Part shown: positions 56,533 through 64,000 of the stretch, piece after piece
How positions within the stretch are numbered: position 1 is the stretch's first letter
Layout of the letters: every line of letters starts with the position of its first letter
Origin: a virus
Lineage: Duplodnaviria > Heunggongvirae > Uroviricota > Caudoviricetes
Strand: one strand, 5' to 3'
Length of the DNA: 64,000 nucleotides
Virus record (IMG/VR): IMGVR_UViG_3300033153_011579
Translations under genes and position numbers: made by a program
The notes under the pieces: model-generated
Database searches by the model: none
Told to the model about the DNA's origin: nothing
Seen by the model: the letters and a program-made list of their open reading frames with translations, nothing else

Positions 56533-57872
56533 TGCCGCGTGCATACGCCACACGACGAGTTCTCCTCGTGCCCGACCTCGCCGACCCCGCCCTCTACGGA
56601 GCGTGGACCATGGTGCCACGAGGTGGCCTCCTTGTTGACCACACTCCCCAAGGGAACGACGGCGTCCCAGGCGCGTCTTCCGGAGTCGAGCACACAATCC
56701 TCGGCCCGATGCGGAGGTATTGGCCGAATAGCGGAGCTGGCGGGTCCGTGATCGGTGCTCCTGGAGACTTCGCTCTGGGCGATCTGACATGCTGCTTTTG
56801 GACGCGGATGGATATTGGAGCTGCGCCTGATGCCTATGGGTTTGGCTACCGATTGAACAACAACGATCAGTGGTGGCTTCGCGTTCGTGCTGGGTTGGTC
56901 TCTATTTTCGACGACATCGATAATGCTGGAGCAAATCTGTACCAGACACTGGTTCAGGCGGGCAGGCTGGTTCACGTTGTTGGTGTGATGGATAATCTTG
57001 AAAATCTTCTGTACCTTGACAACGTCTTGGTGGGCTCGGGCACCTTTGCCTCTGACAACTGGGCGAGTTTTGCTGGGCAGTTGTATCACGGTGCGAGGAC
57101 CACTGGCGCTGATCCAGTTCAAGGCATCGTCTCACCCGCTCTCGTCCACAACGCAGCCAAGGACCAGGCCTGGGTCACCAAGGACTACATGAAGGGCGCT
57201 TCGGCCGTCCAGTTCAAAACCGACTGGGGCGTCAAACAGAGCGTCGGGAACGAAGTCGCCAACGCTCGCGTCGGCCACAATAGCTCGCCCTTCGAGATCG
57301 TCAGCGGTACCTGGCAGATGACCATGGACACCATCGACGGTGTCGACGTCAAGGTGATGGAGTGTATCGCTGCTGGAGTGGTCGGGATGCCGACCTCGCT
57401 GTTCGAGGCGACCCCAACCGAGGCGGCATTTGGGACGTGGGAGTGGTGGTTGACCAAGGTCGACGGCAGTTCACCTTATGTGATGTTCGCTGGATCTGAC
57501 CTTGCTGCTATAGCCGGTGGGACACAGAGCGGATACGACATTATTATCAACTCTGCCGAGCGTGTCTTTTTTCAAGAGTGTGCTGCTGGTGCTCCGGTAA
57601 GCTCTTGGTGGACTGACATCGATTATGTGACACCCGGATCATGGAACAAGTTCAGAGTCACTAGGAGATATGACGGCCAGTTCACCGTATACATGGATGA
57701 CGTTTTAATCAACGCGACTGGCGGTGTGGAGTCTAACCCCTTCACCGATCTGACCACCACGACAGCCAACTACGTCGTGCTCGAATTCGACGCCGGAGAT
57801 AAATTTGGGTATGCCGACCGTCGCGGCTCACACAGTTTCGTAAAATACCTCGGGGTCATCCCCCCAGGGTAG
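56532..57872 (+). CDS. Tandem LamG/ConA-like (second half DUF1080-like) protein 4 (446 aa)
   Basis: GDFALGDLTCCFWTRMD...; FEIVSGTWQMTMDTIDG...WNKFRVTRRYDGQFTVYMDDVLI. Confidence 0.6.
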   Translation: MPRAYATRRVLLVPDLADPALYGAWTMVPRGGLLVDHTPQGNDGVPGASSGVEHTILGPMRRYWPNSGAGGSVIGAPGDFALGDLTCCFWTRMDIGAAPDAYGFGYRLNNNDQWWLRVRAGLVSIFDDIDNAGANLYQTLVQAGRLVHVVGVMDNLENLLYLDNVLVGSGTFASDNWASFAGQLYHGARTTGADPVQGIVSPALVHNAAKDQAWVTKDYMKGASAVQFKTDWGVKQSVGNEVANARVGHNSSPFEIVSGTWQMTMDTIDGVDVKVMECIAAGVVGMPTSLFEATPTEAAFGTWEWWLTKVDGSSPYVMFAGSDLAAIAGGTQSGYDIIINSAERVFFQECAAGAPVSSWWTDIDYVTPGSWNKFRVTRRYDGQFTVYMDDVLINATGGVESNPFTDLTTTTANYVVLEFDAGDKFGYADRRGSHSFVKYLGVIPPG

Positions 57873-57884
57873 GAGGATAGAAGG

Positions 57885-58640
57885 ATGGGCAACCAGTATT
57901 ACGGACGATCGTGGAACGAGCTGATGGAGCTCTGCACGGCCGAGTATCGGTTCTACCGAAACTCGCAGCGGAACTTCCGCCCGGCGAACATCGGTGCGGG
58001 AACCGGTGTCGCCGACATGGGCGAGTACCTGATCGACGCCGACAACGTGCCCAAGCAGTCGGTGTGTCTCGGGATGCCGGCCTTCTGTGTCGACTACCCC
58101 ACGGCCCACTTCAACTTCCCCCAGAACTTCGACGATACGATGGGGGCCGAGGACGCCTTTACCCTGGAGTACCTCGGTGTCGTCCAGGACCGCCTGATAC
58201 CAGATAGGTACATGGCCCTGGTCGGCGAAGATGGCGCGGCGACTCCCTACGTCGGGATCCGCGATGACAACCTGGTCGAGATGGATTTCGGCACGCAGCA
58301 GGTCTCGAACGGTCTCTGCGAGTGGTGGAAAGACGGTCTGATCCACTTCGTCGTCTCTCGGGCGGCTGGTGCAGCGCCCGAAACGGAAATTTACATCAAC
58401 GGAGTGCGGATCGACTTCGTCAGTCGTCTGGCTGGCGCGGGGGCCTTCACCGACGCCGCCGGCCAGATCTTCAACCACGCCGACAACAACGGAGACCAGC
58501 ACCCGTGGTGGGGTCACCACTTCATGCTCCGGCAATATTCGGCGGCGTTGAGGAAGTCCGAGGTCATCGAGATGTTCCAGGACGCGCAGCGCCTGATCCC
58601 GCATCACCTGATGCACATCCCGGTCGACTCGGCGGAGTAA
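57885..58640 (+). CDS. LamG/ConA-like domain protein 5 (251 aa)
   Basis: ...WWKDGLIHFVVSRAAGAAPETEIYINGVRIDF...; AGGAGGA SD. Confidence 0.5.
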   Translation: MGNQYYGRSWNELMELCTAEYRFYRNSQRNFRPANIGAGTGVADMGEYLIDADNVPKQSVCLGMPAFCVDYPTAHFNFPQNFDDTMGAEDAFTLEYLGVVQDRLIPDRYMALVGEDGAATPYVGIRDDNLVEMDFGTQQVSNGLCEWWKDGLIHFVVSRAAGAAPETEIYINGVRIDFVSRLAGAGAFTDAAGQIFNHADNNGDQHPWWGHHFMLRQYSAALRKSEVIEMFQDAQRLIPHHLMHIPVDSAE

Positions 58641-58663
58641 GAACGAAGCGGTAGGAGGATAAC

Positions 58664-59158
58664 GTGGGAGACAGCGACACACTGATCGAGATCGCCAAGA
58701 GCCTGGGAGAGGTCAATGGCTCGATGGCCGGCGTCCATCGCGAGATGAAAGGTGTTCGTGGAGAGGTTCGAGAGCTGCGGGACGAGGTCAAGGAGATGCC
58801 CGACCAGTGGAGGGCGGAAGCTGCGGACATCGTCGAAAACTGCAGAGAGCGACGGGACGAGCTCGCCGAGGCGAAAGAGCGTGGGGAGTCCACCGCGGTC
58901 ACAAACCTCGCCAAGGAACAGGCAAGATCTCGGAGGCCGTCCACGCCTCCCCGGAAGCGCGACAGTTGGATCGACAGCGTCGTCAAGACGGCGATGAAGC
59001 CGGTCATCACTACGCTGGTGGTGGTCTGCATGGCCGCCGGCGCGGGGTTCGCCGTGTCCCACTGTAGCAACGGCAAAACGGTCGAGCCGGCTGATCTGAA
59101 GGCGCTCGAGGATAATTTGCTCGAGCGGTTCAAGAAGGTGAACGGAGGCGAGCGATGA
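58664..59158 (+). CDS. Coiled-coil membrane protein (164 aa, GTG start)
   Basis: AGGAGG SD; TM KPVITTLVVVCMAAGAGFAV. Confidence 0.55.
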   Translation: MGDSDTLIEIAKSLGEVNGSMAGVHREMKGVRGEVRELRDEVKEMPDQWRAEAADIVENCRERRDELAEAKERGESTAVTNLAKEQARSRRPSTPPRKRDSWIDSVVKTAMKPVITTLVVVCMAAGAGFAVSHCSNGKTVEPADLKALEDNLLERFKKVNGGER

Positions 59159-59682
59159 GTAACCTCGACCCAGCTCTGTGCAAGTGGGAGCTGGTCAAGA
59201 AGTGGGACTATCAAGACGTCACCATGGAGCGGGCCTTTGCAGAAGGCGGCGGCCTGGTGGTCGGTGGCAAGCTCCGGGGCCACGCTGCTTCGGGATTCGT
59301 CCTGAGCGACCTCGGCGTCCCCTCTGAGCTGATCGACGAGATGGCCGATAAGTTCGGGAAGACGTGGGAGGTCCTCCTGTTCGTGACGTCTCCCCATCCG
59401 GTGGGTGCCGGGAACTTCACGCTTGCCGAAGAGGTGTATGCCCTGTGGGCCTACAAGGCGACCTGGCCGCCGCCGATGCACTCGTCGCTGGACTACGTCC
59501 CCGACGCGGTGCTGAGGAACGCGCGGCTGTTCAAGCTGCAGTGCCCGACGGAGGCCGCGCCCTGGCTCCAGAAGAAGAAAGAGCATTCGATGAAGCCCCG
59601 GAGCTCTATCTGGGTTCCCGTAATTGGCGGTTTTTGCCTGGTGGGAACCTGGTTGCTCGCGCGAAAAAGGAAGAAGCGGTGA
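59155..59682 (+). CDS. Protein with C-terminal TM + basic tail (175 aa)
   Basis: ends IWVPVIGGFCLVGTWLLARKRKKR*. Confidence 0.55.
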   Translation: MSNLDPALCKWELVKKWDYQDVTMERAFAEGGGLVVGGKLRGHAASGFVLSDLGVPSELIDEMADKFGKTWEVLLFVTSPHPVGAGNFTLAEEVYALWAYKATWPPPMHSSLDYVPDAVLRNARLFKLQCPTEAAPWLQKKKEHSMKPRSSIWVPVIGGFCLVGTWLLARKRKKR

Positions 59683-59704
59683 GCCACCGCTGGCAATATA
59701 GGAG

Positions 59705-59718
59705 GCCCACTGGTGGGT
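59705..59718. repeat. Imperfect copy of the GCCCACTAGTGGGC palindrome
   Basis: GCCCACTGGTGGGT, contains GTG start 59713 and follows GGAG. Confidence 0.6.
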
Positions 59719-61014
59719 GACTGGGACAAAAAGTGCCGCGATCCTAAAACTGCAAAACTGGCTAGCCAGTGTGCGCGGCGTGGGTACCTGTCCGATAACA
59801 TAGGCGGCCTAGGCCGCTTCGGGACGGTGAAGACGTACGCCGCGCCAGAGCGAGGGCCTCTGGAGCGCGTGAAGTCCGCTGAGAACATGGGGCCGACCCG
59901 GTCTCAGCTGTTCACATGGACGACGAAGGTCCACGCGCCGAGCTGGAGCTTGCCCGCGGTTGGCACCTGTCCGGGGGCGTGTGGAGTCGACAAGAAGTCC
60001 ATCAGAGACACGAAGAAAATACCGAAAAAATGCCTCGGGTGCTACGCGTACAACGCGGGGAAGTACGGGACCGAAGAGGTGAAGAACGCTCAGCACCGGC
60101 GGTGGGCGTGGTTCGATTCTCAGCCCAAGAAGGAAGTCGTCAAGGGGTTGGTCGAGGCGATCAAGGTCTCCGGGCGAGACGATTGCACGACCAGCCGCGC
60201 GAAGAAGTCCGACCCGTGGACGTGCAAGAAGGACGAGGGCGGCCGGAAGGTATGCGCTCGCGAGGATCCGGTGACGTGCAAGACGACGGTGAGCGGGCTG
60301 CCGACACACTTCCGACTATTCGACTCGGGAGATTTCCACGACGCGAGAGCGGTATGGATCTGGCGGAGCGTCGCGAGAAAACTCCCGGACATCAAGTTCT
60401 GGGCTCCGACGACCGCGTGGATCGACCACAAGTACGAGCATCCCGAGGACAAGCAGAAGGAGGTCGACCTCCACCTCGAGCTCGGCCGGCTCGCGAAGAT
60501 GAAGAACGTTACTCTGCGGCCGAGCGCGTTGAGTCTCGACCGCGCAGCTCCCGACGTCGAGATCGGCGGCCGGAAGGTCGCGGGGAGCGGGATCGTCTCG
60601 TGGGAGGCGATGAAGACGACGGCCAAATGTCCGTGGGAGGACAAGCCGACGAAAAACAAGTGCAAGCGCACGTACCGGCACCTGCCGCAGGCGAAGACGC
60701 TGTCGGGCAAACCGGTCATTTACGACCCGGACGACGATTCGACCAGGCCGGAGAAGGTAAAGGTCAACGGGAAGGTCCACCGGCTCTGTCCGGGTGACTG
60801 TGCGAAGTGCATGGCGTGCTGGAACAAGCGAGAGCGGGTGGTGTACGTGCAGCACGGTCCTGACGCGAAGGCGAAGGAAAGGATGCTCGAGCGGGGCGAG
60901 GACATGCTCGAGTACATGGAATTGCTGTTCCCGCAATACGCGGACCTCGGGCCGGACAGTGCGGACCACCCGGCGCAACGGTTTTTGGCGGCACAGCGAA
61001 AGAAGGCCCACTAG
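59713..61014 (+). CDS. Cys-rich protein (433 aa) with CxxxC...CxxCYA N-terminal cluster
   Basis: SLPAVGTCPGACGVDKK...KKCLGCYAYNAGKYG, reminiscent of the Gp37/Gp68-type TGCxxGCxYCYA cluster at 23469..24215. Confidence 0.5.
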   Translation: MGDWDKKCRDPKTAKLASQCARRGYLSDNIGGLGRFGTVKTYAAPERGPLERVKSAENMGPTRSQLFTWTTKVHAPSWSLPAVGTCPGACGVDKKSIRDTKKIPKKCLGCYAYNAGKYGTEEVKNAQHRRWAWFDSQPKKEVVKGLVEAIKVSGRDDCTTSRAKKSDPWTCKKDEGGRKVCAREDPVTCKTTVSGLPTHFRLFDSGDFHDARAVWIWRSVARKLPDIKFWAPTTAWIDHKYEHPEDKQKEVDLHLELGRLAKMKNVTLRPSALSLDRAAPDVEIGGRKVAGSGIVSWEAMKTTAKCPWEDKPTKNKCKRTYRHLPQAKTLSGKPVIYDPDDDSTRPEKVKVNGKVHRLCPGDCAKCMACWNKRERVVYVQHGPDAKAKERMLERGEDMLEYMELLFPQYADLGPDSADHPAQRFLAAQRKKAH

Positions 61015-61027
61015 TGGGCTATTTTAA
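61006..61027 (+). terminator. Perfect 14-bp palindrome GCCCACTAGTGGGC + TATTTTAA (terminator-like)
   Basis: Contains the TAG stop of 59713..61014 at 61012-61014; T-rich tail follows. Confidence 0.35.
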
Positions 61028-61031
61028 AGGA

Positions 61032-61045
61032 GGGCACTAGTGGCC
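61032..61045. repeat. Imperfect palindrome copy GGGCACTAGTGGCC
   Basis: Contains GTG start 61040 and follows AAGGAG. Confidence 0.55.
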
Positions 61046-61303
61046 AAACGAAGACCATGCAAAGGAGTAAGCGTCCGGCACGAGTTCAGCGGGCCGGTCG
61101 TCAGCAAAGGATATTCCACGGCGGAGGTAAGGTTCAAGAATGTAGGAAGGGACTTCCGAAACGAATTCGAGATCAAGTGCAAATATACCGACCCCAAGTC
61201 AAAAGTGAAAAAGTTAGTTGAGCGCATCAAGGTAGATGCGCAGCAAGAGGCAACCGACCGCGCCTGTGCACTGGTCAAGAGTCGTTGTAAGCGGAAGAAA
61301 TAA
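61040..61303 (+). CDS. Small basic protein (87 aa, GTG start)
   Basis: ORF track; VAKRRPCKGVSVRHEF... Confidence 0.5.
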   Translation: MAKRRPCKGVSVRHEFSGPVVSKGYSTAEVRFKNVGRDFRNEFEIKCKYTDPKSKVKKLVERIKVDAQQEATDRACALVKSRCKRKK

Positions 61304-61304
61304 G

Positions 61305-61946
61305 ATGCCCAAGAGTCCAGGACCAGCGACGTTGTTCATGCTGCTGACGGGTGGAGCTTTGCTCCTGGCCGGCGCGGTCCGCGCATTCTCCGGTGAGCAA
61401 AAAAGCCCACTAGTGGGCCCGAGGTATGTGGTGGCGGTGGGCGACTCTCTGACGGCGAACGGGTCGTATTGTCGGACGCTCGAGCGGATGCTTCCTGTCG
61501 GGTCGAGGGTGGACTGCGTCGGGTACGTTGGCGAGGGGGCGCAGGCGATCTCCACGAAGGTAGGGAAGGCGATCCTCGCCGGAGCAGACGACGTGATCGT
61601 GTTGGCCGGCGTGAACGACCTGGCGTCGGGTCGCGGGGTGCAGGGGACGGTCTCCGGGCTCGACAAGATTTACCAGAAGGGGAGGGCATCGGGCGCGCGG
61701 GTGATCGCAGTCCACCTGACTCCGTGGGCGGGGCATTCGAAAGGGTCGCAGCTACAGACCGAGACGTGGAAGGTGAACGCGTGGATGGCGAAATACCCAT
61801 CGGTCGAGATGGTGGTCGAGACGCAGGAGCTCGGTGATGCCGGCGTCCTCTACCCGGAGTACGGAGCTGGCGACGGGTTACATCTGAGCGAGGCGGGCCA
61901 GGACAAGCTGGCGGAGATCATCTTTAGCCAGGTGTACGGAGGATAG
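61305..61946 (+). CDS. SGNH/GDSL hydrolase with N-terminal signal-anchor
   Basis: VVAVGDSLTANG (block I), VIVLAGVNDL (block III), GDGLHLSEAG (DxxH block V). Confidence 0.75.
   Translation: MPKSPGPATLFMLLTGGALLLAGAVRAFSGEQKSPLVGPRYVVAVGDSLTANGSYCRTLERMLPVGSRVDCVGYVGEGAQAISTKVGKAILAGADDVIVLAGVNDLASGRGVQGTVSGLDKIYQKGRASGARVIAVHLTPWAGHSKGSQLQTETWKVNAWMAKYPSVEMVVETQELGDAGVLYPEYGAGDGLHLSEAGQDKLAEIIFSQVYGG
61404..61417. repeat. Second perfect copy of the palindrome GCCCACTAGTGGGC (inside the SGNH gene)
   Basis: Identical 14-mer 398 bp after the first copy. Confidence 0.8.
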
Positions 61947-61948
61947 GG

Positions 61949-62260
61949 ATGAAGAAGGGCACGAAGAAGGTTCTCATCGGCGGCGCGATCCTCGGCGGCC
62001 TCGTGCTGGCGGCGTTGTTCATCCGAGATCGGTTGCTCACGGCCGGGCCGGGGAAGTCATTTAAGGAAGAGCTCAAGCTGGCCTGGATCAAGGGATACAA
62101 CAAGGGTTGGAAGGAATACGGCAAGGGGGTGGAAAGCTACCCTCCTTACGATTACGGCGAGGATGATTTGCACACCGCGTGGTCGCTTGGTTACAGTCTC
62201 GGTCGTATGGACAAGGGAACAGATAAGGATCACAGTTATAAGAAAAACCCGTATGCGTGA
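61949..62260 (+). CDS. N-terminally anchored protein, MKKGTKK family (103 aa)
   Basis: MKKGTKKVLIGGAILGGLVLAALFIRDR. Confidence 0.55.
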   Translation: MKKGTKKVLIGGAILGGLVLAALFIRDRLLTAGPGKSFKEELKLAWIKGYNKGWKEYGKGVESYPPYDYGEDDLHTAWSLGYSLGRMDKGTDKDHSYKKNPYA

Positions 62261-62330
62261 CAGAAAAAGCTCTTAAATTACAGGGGCAGCACTTTGCTGC
62301 TCTTGACAAGACAAAGGATCGTCTAATAAG

Positions 62331-62347
62331 CTCGCCCTCAGGGCGAG
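62331..62347 (+). other. Hairpin in the 62261-62380 gap
   Basis: CTCGCCC-TCA-GGGCGAG followed by TTCTAG; TTGACA at 62303 lies upstream. Confidence 0.3.
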
Positions 62348-62380
62348 TTCTAGAGTGGGATAGCTCACAAGGAGGAGACG

Positions 62381-62725
62381 GTGTTCAACCCAGGTGTTTA
62401 CGGAAGTTCTTCGGTACCCGGTCTCGGCGTTCTCGGGATGTCTGGGTTCGACTACGAAAAGTTGATCGGCGAGGGCAAGAAGGCGCTCGACAACATCAAC
62501 AAGGGGAACGTGAAGATTCCGACCGAGAAAGAGCTCCAGGAGATGGTGTCGAAGCCGACGAAAGACCTCGCCGAGGAGATCGGCGGCCAGCTGGCGAAGG
62601 AGCATGGCACGGCGACGGGAAAAGCCGCCGCCGGCGAGCTCTGGACCAAGGCGAAACCGTTTGCGATCGGGGCACTTGTTCTCGTCGGCGGCATCCTGGT
62701 CGTGATGGCCGCGAGGAAAAAGTAG
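62381..62725 (+). CDS. Protein with C-terminal TM + basic tail (114 aa, GTG start)
   Basis: GGAGGAG SD; ends KPFAIGALVLVGGILVVMAARKK*. Confidence 0.55.
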   Translation: MFNPGVYGSSSVPGLGVLGMSGFDYEKLIGEGKKALDNINKGNVKIPTEKELQEMVSKPTKDLAEEIGGQLAKEHGTATGKAAAGELWTKAKPFAIGALVLVGGILVVMAARKK

Positions 62726-62726
62726 C

Positions 62727-62999
62727 ATGGCCCGCAAGCCCAAATACGGTCTACGGAAATCGCTCGAGTCGAAGCGCAGCACGTACGACCACGAGTTTCG
62801 AGCTCGGCAGTCGTGCGAGAATCCATGCCGCACGTATTTCAACAAGCTCGAGGCGGCGGTCGACCGCGGGAACACCAAAGTGGCCGAGTTTCACGCGAGC
62901 CGGTACTGGAGCTGCGTGTGGAGTTGCATGGATACGAGAGTCCCCAAGAAACTGAAGCGAACGCGTATCGCCGCGAAGATCAAGAAGCGGAGGAGATAG
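62727..62999 (+). CDS. Basic Cys-containing protein (90 aa)
   Basis: ORF track; ends KKLKRTRIAAKIKKRRR*. Confidence 0.5.
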   Translation: MARKPKYGLRKSLESKRSTYDHEFRARQSCENPCRTYFNKLEAAVDRGNTKVAEFHASRYWSCVWSCMDTRVPKKLKRTRIAAKIKKRRR

Positions 63000-63446
63000 A
63001 TGGGCTACACGCACTACTGGGAGATCAAACAAAATCTCACAGCCTCGGAGTGGATGAAGATCCAGCAGAAGGCGCGCGCGTTGATCAAAAAAGCGCGAGC
63101 CAAGGGGATCTGTGTGGCCGGTGGCGCGGGGGAAGGTTCTCCTGAGGTGAGCTCCAAGGAGATCTGGCTCAACGGCTGCGCGAAGAAGAAGTGGAAGCAC
63201 AAGTACGCGTACCCGGGAGCTGACCAGGCCCACGAGACGTTCAGCTTCAAGCCGAAAAAGCGGGAGTTCGATTTCTGCAAGACGGCGGAAAAACCCTACG
63301 ATGCGCTCGTGGTGTCCATCCTGAACGAGGCGAGGAAGATCGCCCCAAAGAAGATCCGAGTCAGCTCCGACGGTGGCGACGAGGCTATCAAAACCGTGCT
63401 CAAGGGACTCGGACTTCTACCGGCCAAGAAGCGGAGGAGAAGGTAA
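63000..63446 (+). CDS. Hypothetical basic protein (148 aa)
   Basis: ORF track; ends LLPAKKRRRR*. Confidence 0.55.
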   Translation: MGYTHYWEIKQNLTASEWMKIQQKARALIKKARAKGICVAGGAGEGSPEVSSKEIWLNGCAKKKWKHKYAYPGADQAHETFSFKPKKREFDFCKTAEKPYDALVVSILNEARKIAPKKIRVSSDGGDEAIKTVLKGLGLLPAKKRRRR

Positions 63447-63802
63447 TGAAGAAGGGTACCAAGAAGACACTCGGAGCCGGCCTCCTGCTCACCTCGGTCA
63501 TCCTGGGCGTCGTCCTCTACAAGAGGTCGAAGCAGCCGAGCACGTCTGGTCTCGCGGCGCTCTCGCCGAACCAGGCGAAGCAAGCGCGGCTCGTCCGCCA
63601 GTTCGCAAAGCGGATGGGACGCGACCTGACGCCGAAGCCGGTGGTCGTCGAGAAAGTTCTGCCAAACGGCATGACGCAGTCGTTCGCCAGAAAATACGTC
63701 GGCTGGTTGAACGACCGGAGCGCGCAACGCGGGACGAAGTATACCCACAAACACATCAGCCCGAGCAGCCTGGCGCTGCCCGTCGACCAGGCAGTGAGGT
63801 AA
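63446..63802 (+). CDS. N-terminally anchored protein, MKKGTKK family (118 aa)
   Basis: MKKGTKKTLGAGLLLTSVILGVVLYKRSKQ; TAATG coupling. Confidence 0.55.
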   Translation: MKKGTKKTLGAGLLLTSVILGVVLYKRSKQPSTSGLAALSPNQAKQARLVRQFAKRMGRDLTPKPVVVEKVLPNGMTQSFARKYVGWLNDRSAQRGTKYTHKHISPSSLALPVDQAVR

Positions 63803-63806
63803 ACAG

Positions 63807-64000
63807 ATGCTCAACTTTTCACTCGGCGCAGGGTTCTCTCCTCGAGGTGCGGTAGCGGTGATCGACAAGTGGATCCAGGGAGTCGGAGTTCAGGCGAACG
63901 CGCGGATCGACGGGACGCCGGTACCGCACATCCTCATCCGGAGGCTGTCGCATCGGTTCGGTGCCGGCGCGTTCCGGATCCACCAGGGCCACCTCTGGGT
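63807..64000 (+). CDS. 5' part of an ORF running off the window
   Basis: MLNFSLGAGFSPRGAVAVIDKWIQGVGVQANARIDGTPVPH...; open to the window end. Confidence 0.4.
   Translation, partial: MLNFSLGAGFSPRGAVAVIDKWIQGVGVQANARIDGTPVPHILIRRLSHRFGAGAFRIHQGHLW

Larger units (their letters stand above)
1..64000. mobile_element. Phage/prophage-like genome segment occupying the whole window (blocks: + 1-16.5 kb, - 16.5-36.2 kb, + 36.4-64 kb)
   Basis: Integrase, iteron-bearing replication initiator, lysis enzymes, GroES-like, dense ATGA/TGATG-coupled small ORFs, no housekeeping genes. Confidence 0.8.

Overview
The whole 64-kb window reads as a high-GC phage or prophage-like genome segment, with no cellular housekeeping genes. 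All functional calls come from motif recognition by eye, and no searches or folding programs were run.

Block 1 (+ strand, 1-16.5 kb):
- A tyrosine integrase is followed by about 47 short, co-oriented, mostly orphan ORFs.
- The ORFs are punctuated by 29 copies of a ~33-nt element (T1) made of a stop codon, a stem-loop, TGACACG and a Shine-Dalgarno.
- There are also 2 stemless TGACACG-SD joints and 6 copies of a related hairpin that carries TGACACG in its loop (T2).
- The block also holds a duplicated 330-bp gene, a 29-bp perfect inverted repeat, and a second, catalytically degenerate recombinase-like gene.

Block 2 (- strand, 16.5-36.2 kb):
- A DUF1566/TD-repeat lipoprotein moron.
- A response regulator plus three small genes, each behind a third conserved hairpin leader (T3).
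- An SLT lysis enzyme, a thioredoxin and a Gp37/Gp68-family protein.
- A short PurA homologue (PurZ candidate) translationally coupled to a vWA protein.
- A replication initiator whose gene carries 8 helically phased GTTAC iterons.
- An SPFH lipoprotein and RHH regulators.

Block 3 (+ strand, 36.4-64 kb), the late or virion block:
- A GroES-like protein and a transglutaminase-like protease.
- Four tandem beta-sandwich-like proteins.
- At least 12 single-pass membrane proteins, many with poly-Lys/Arg tails.
- Five tandem LamG/ConA-like proteins and an SGNH hydrolase.
- No terminase, portal, tape-measure or sheath gene is recognisable by eye.
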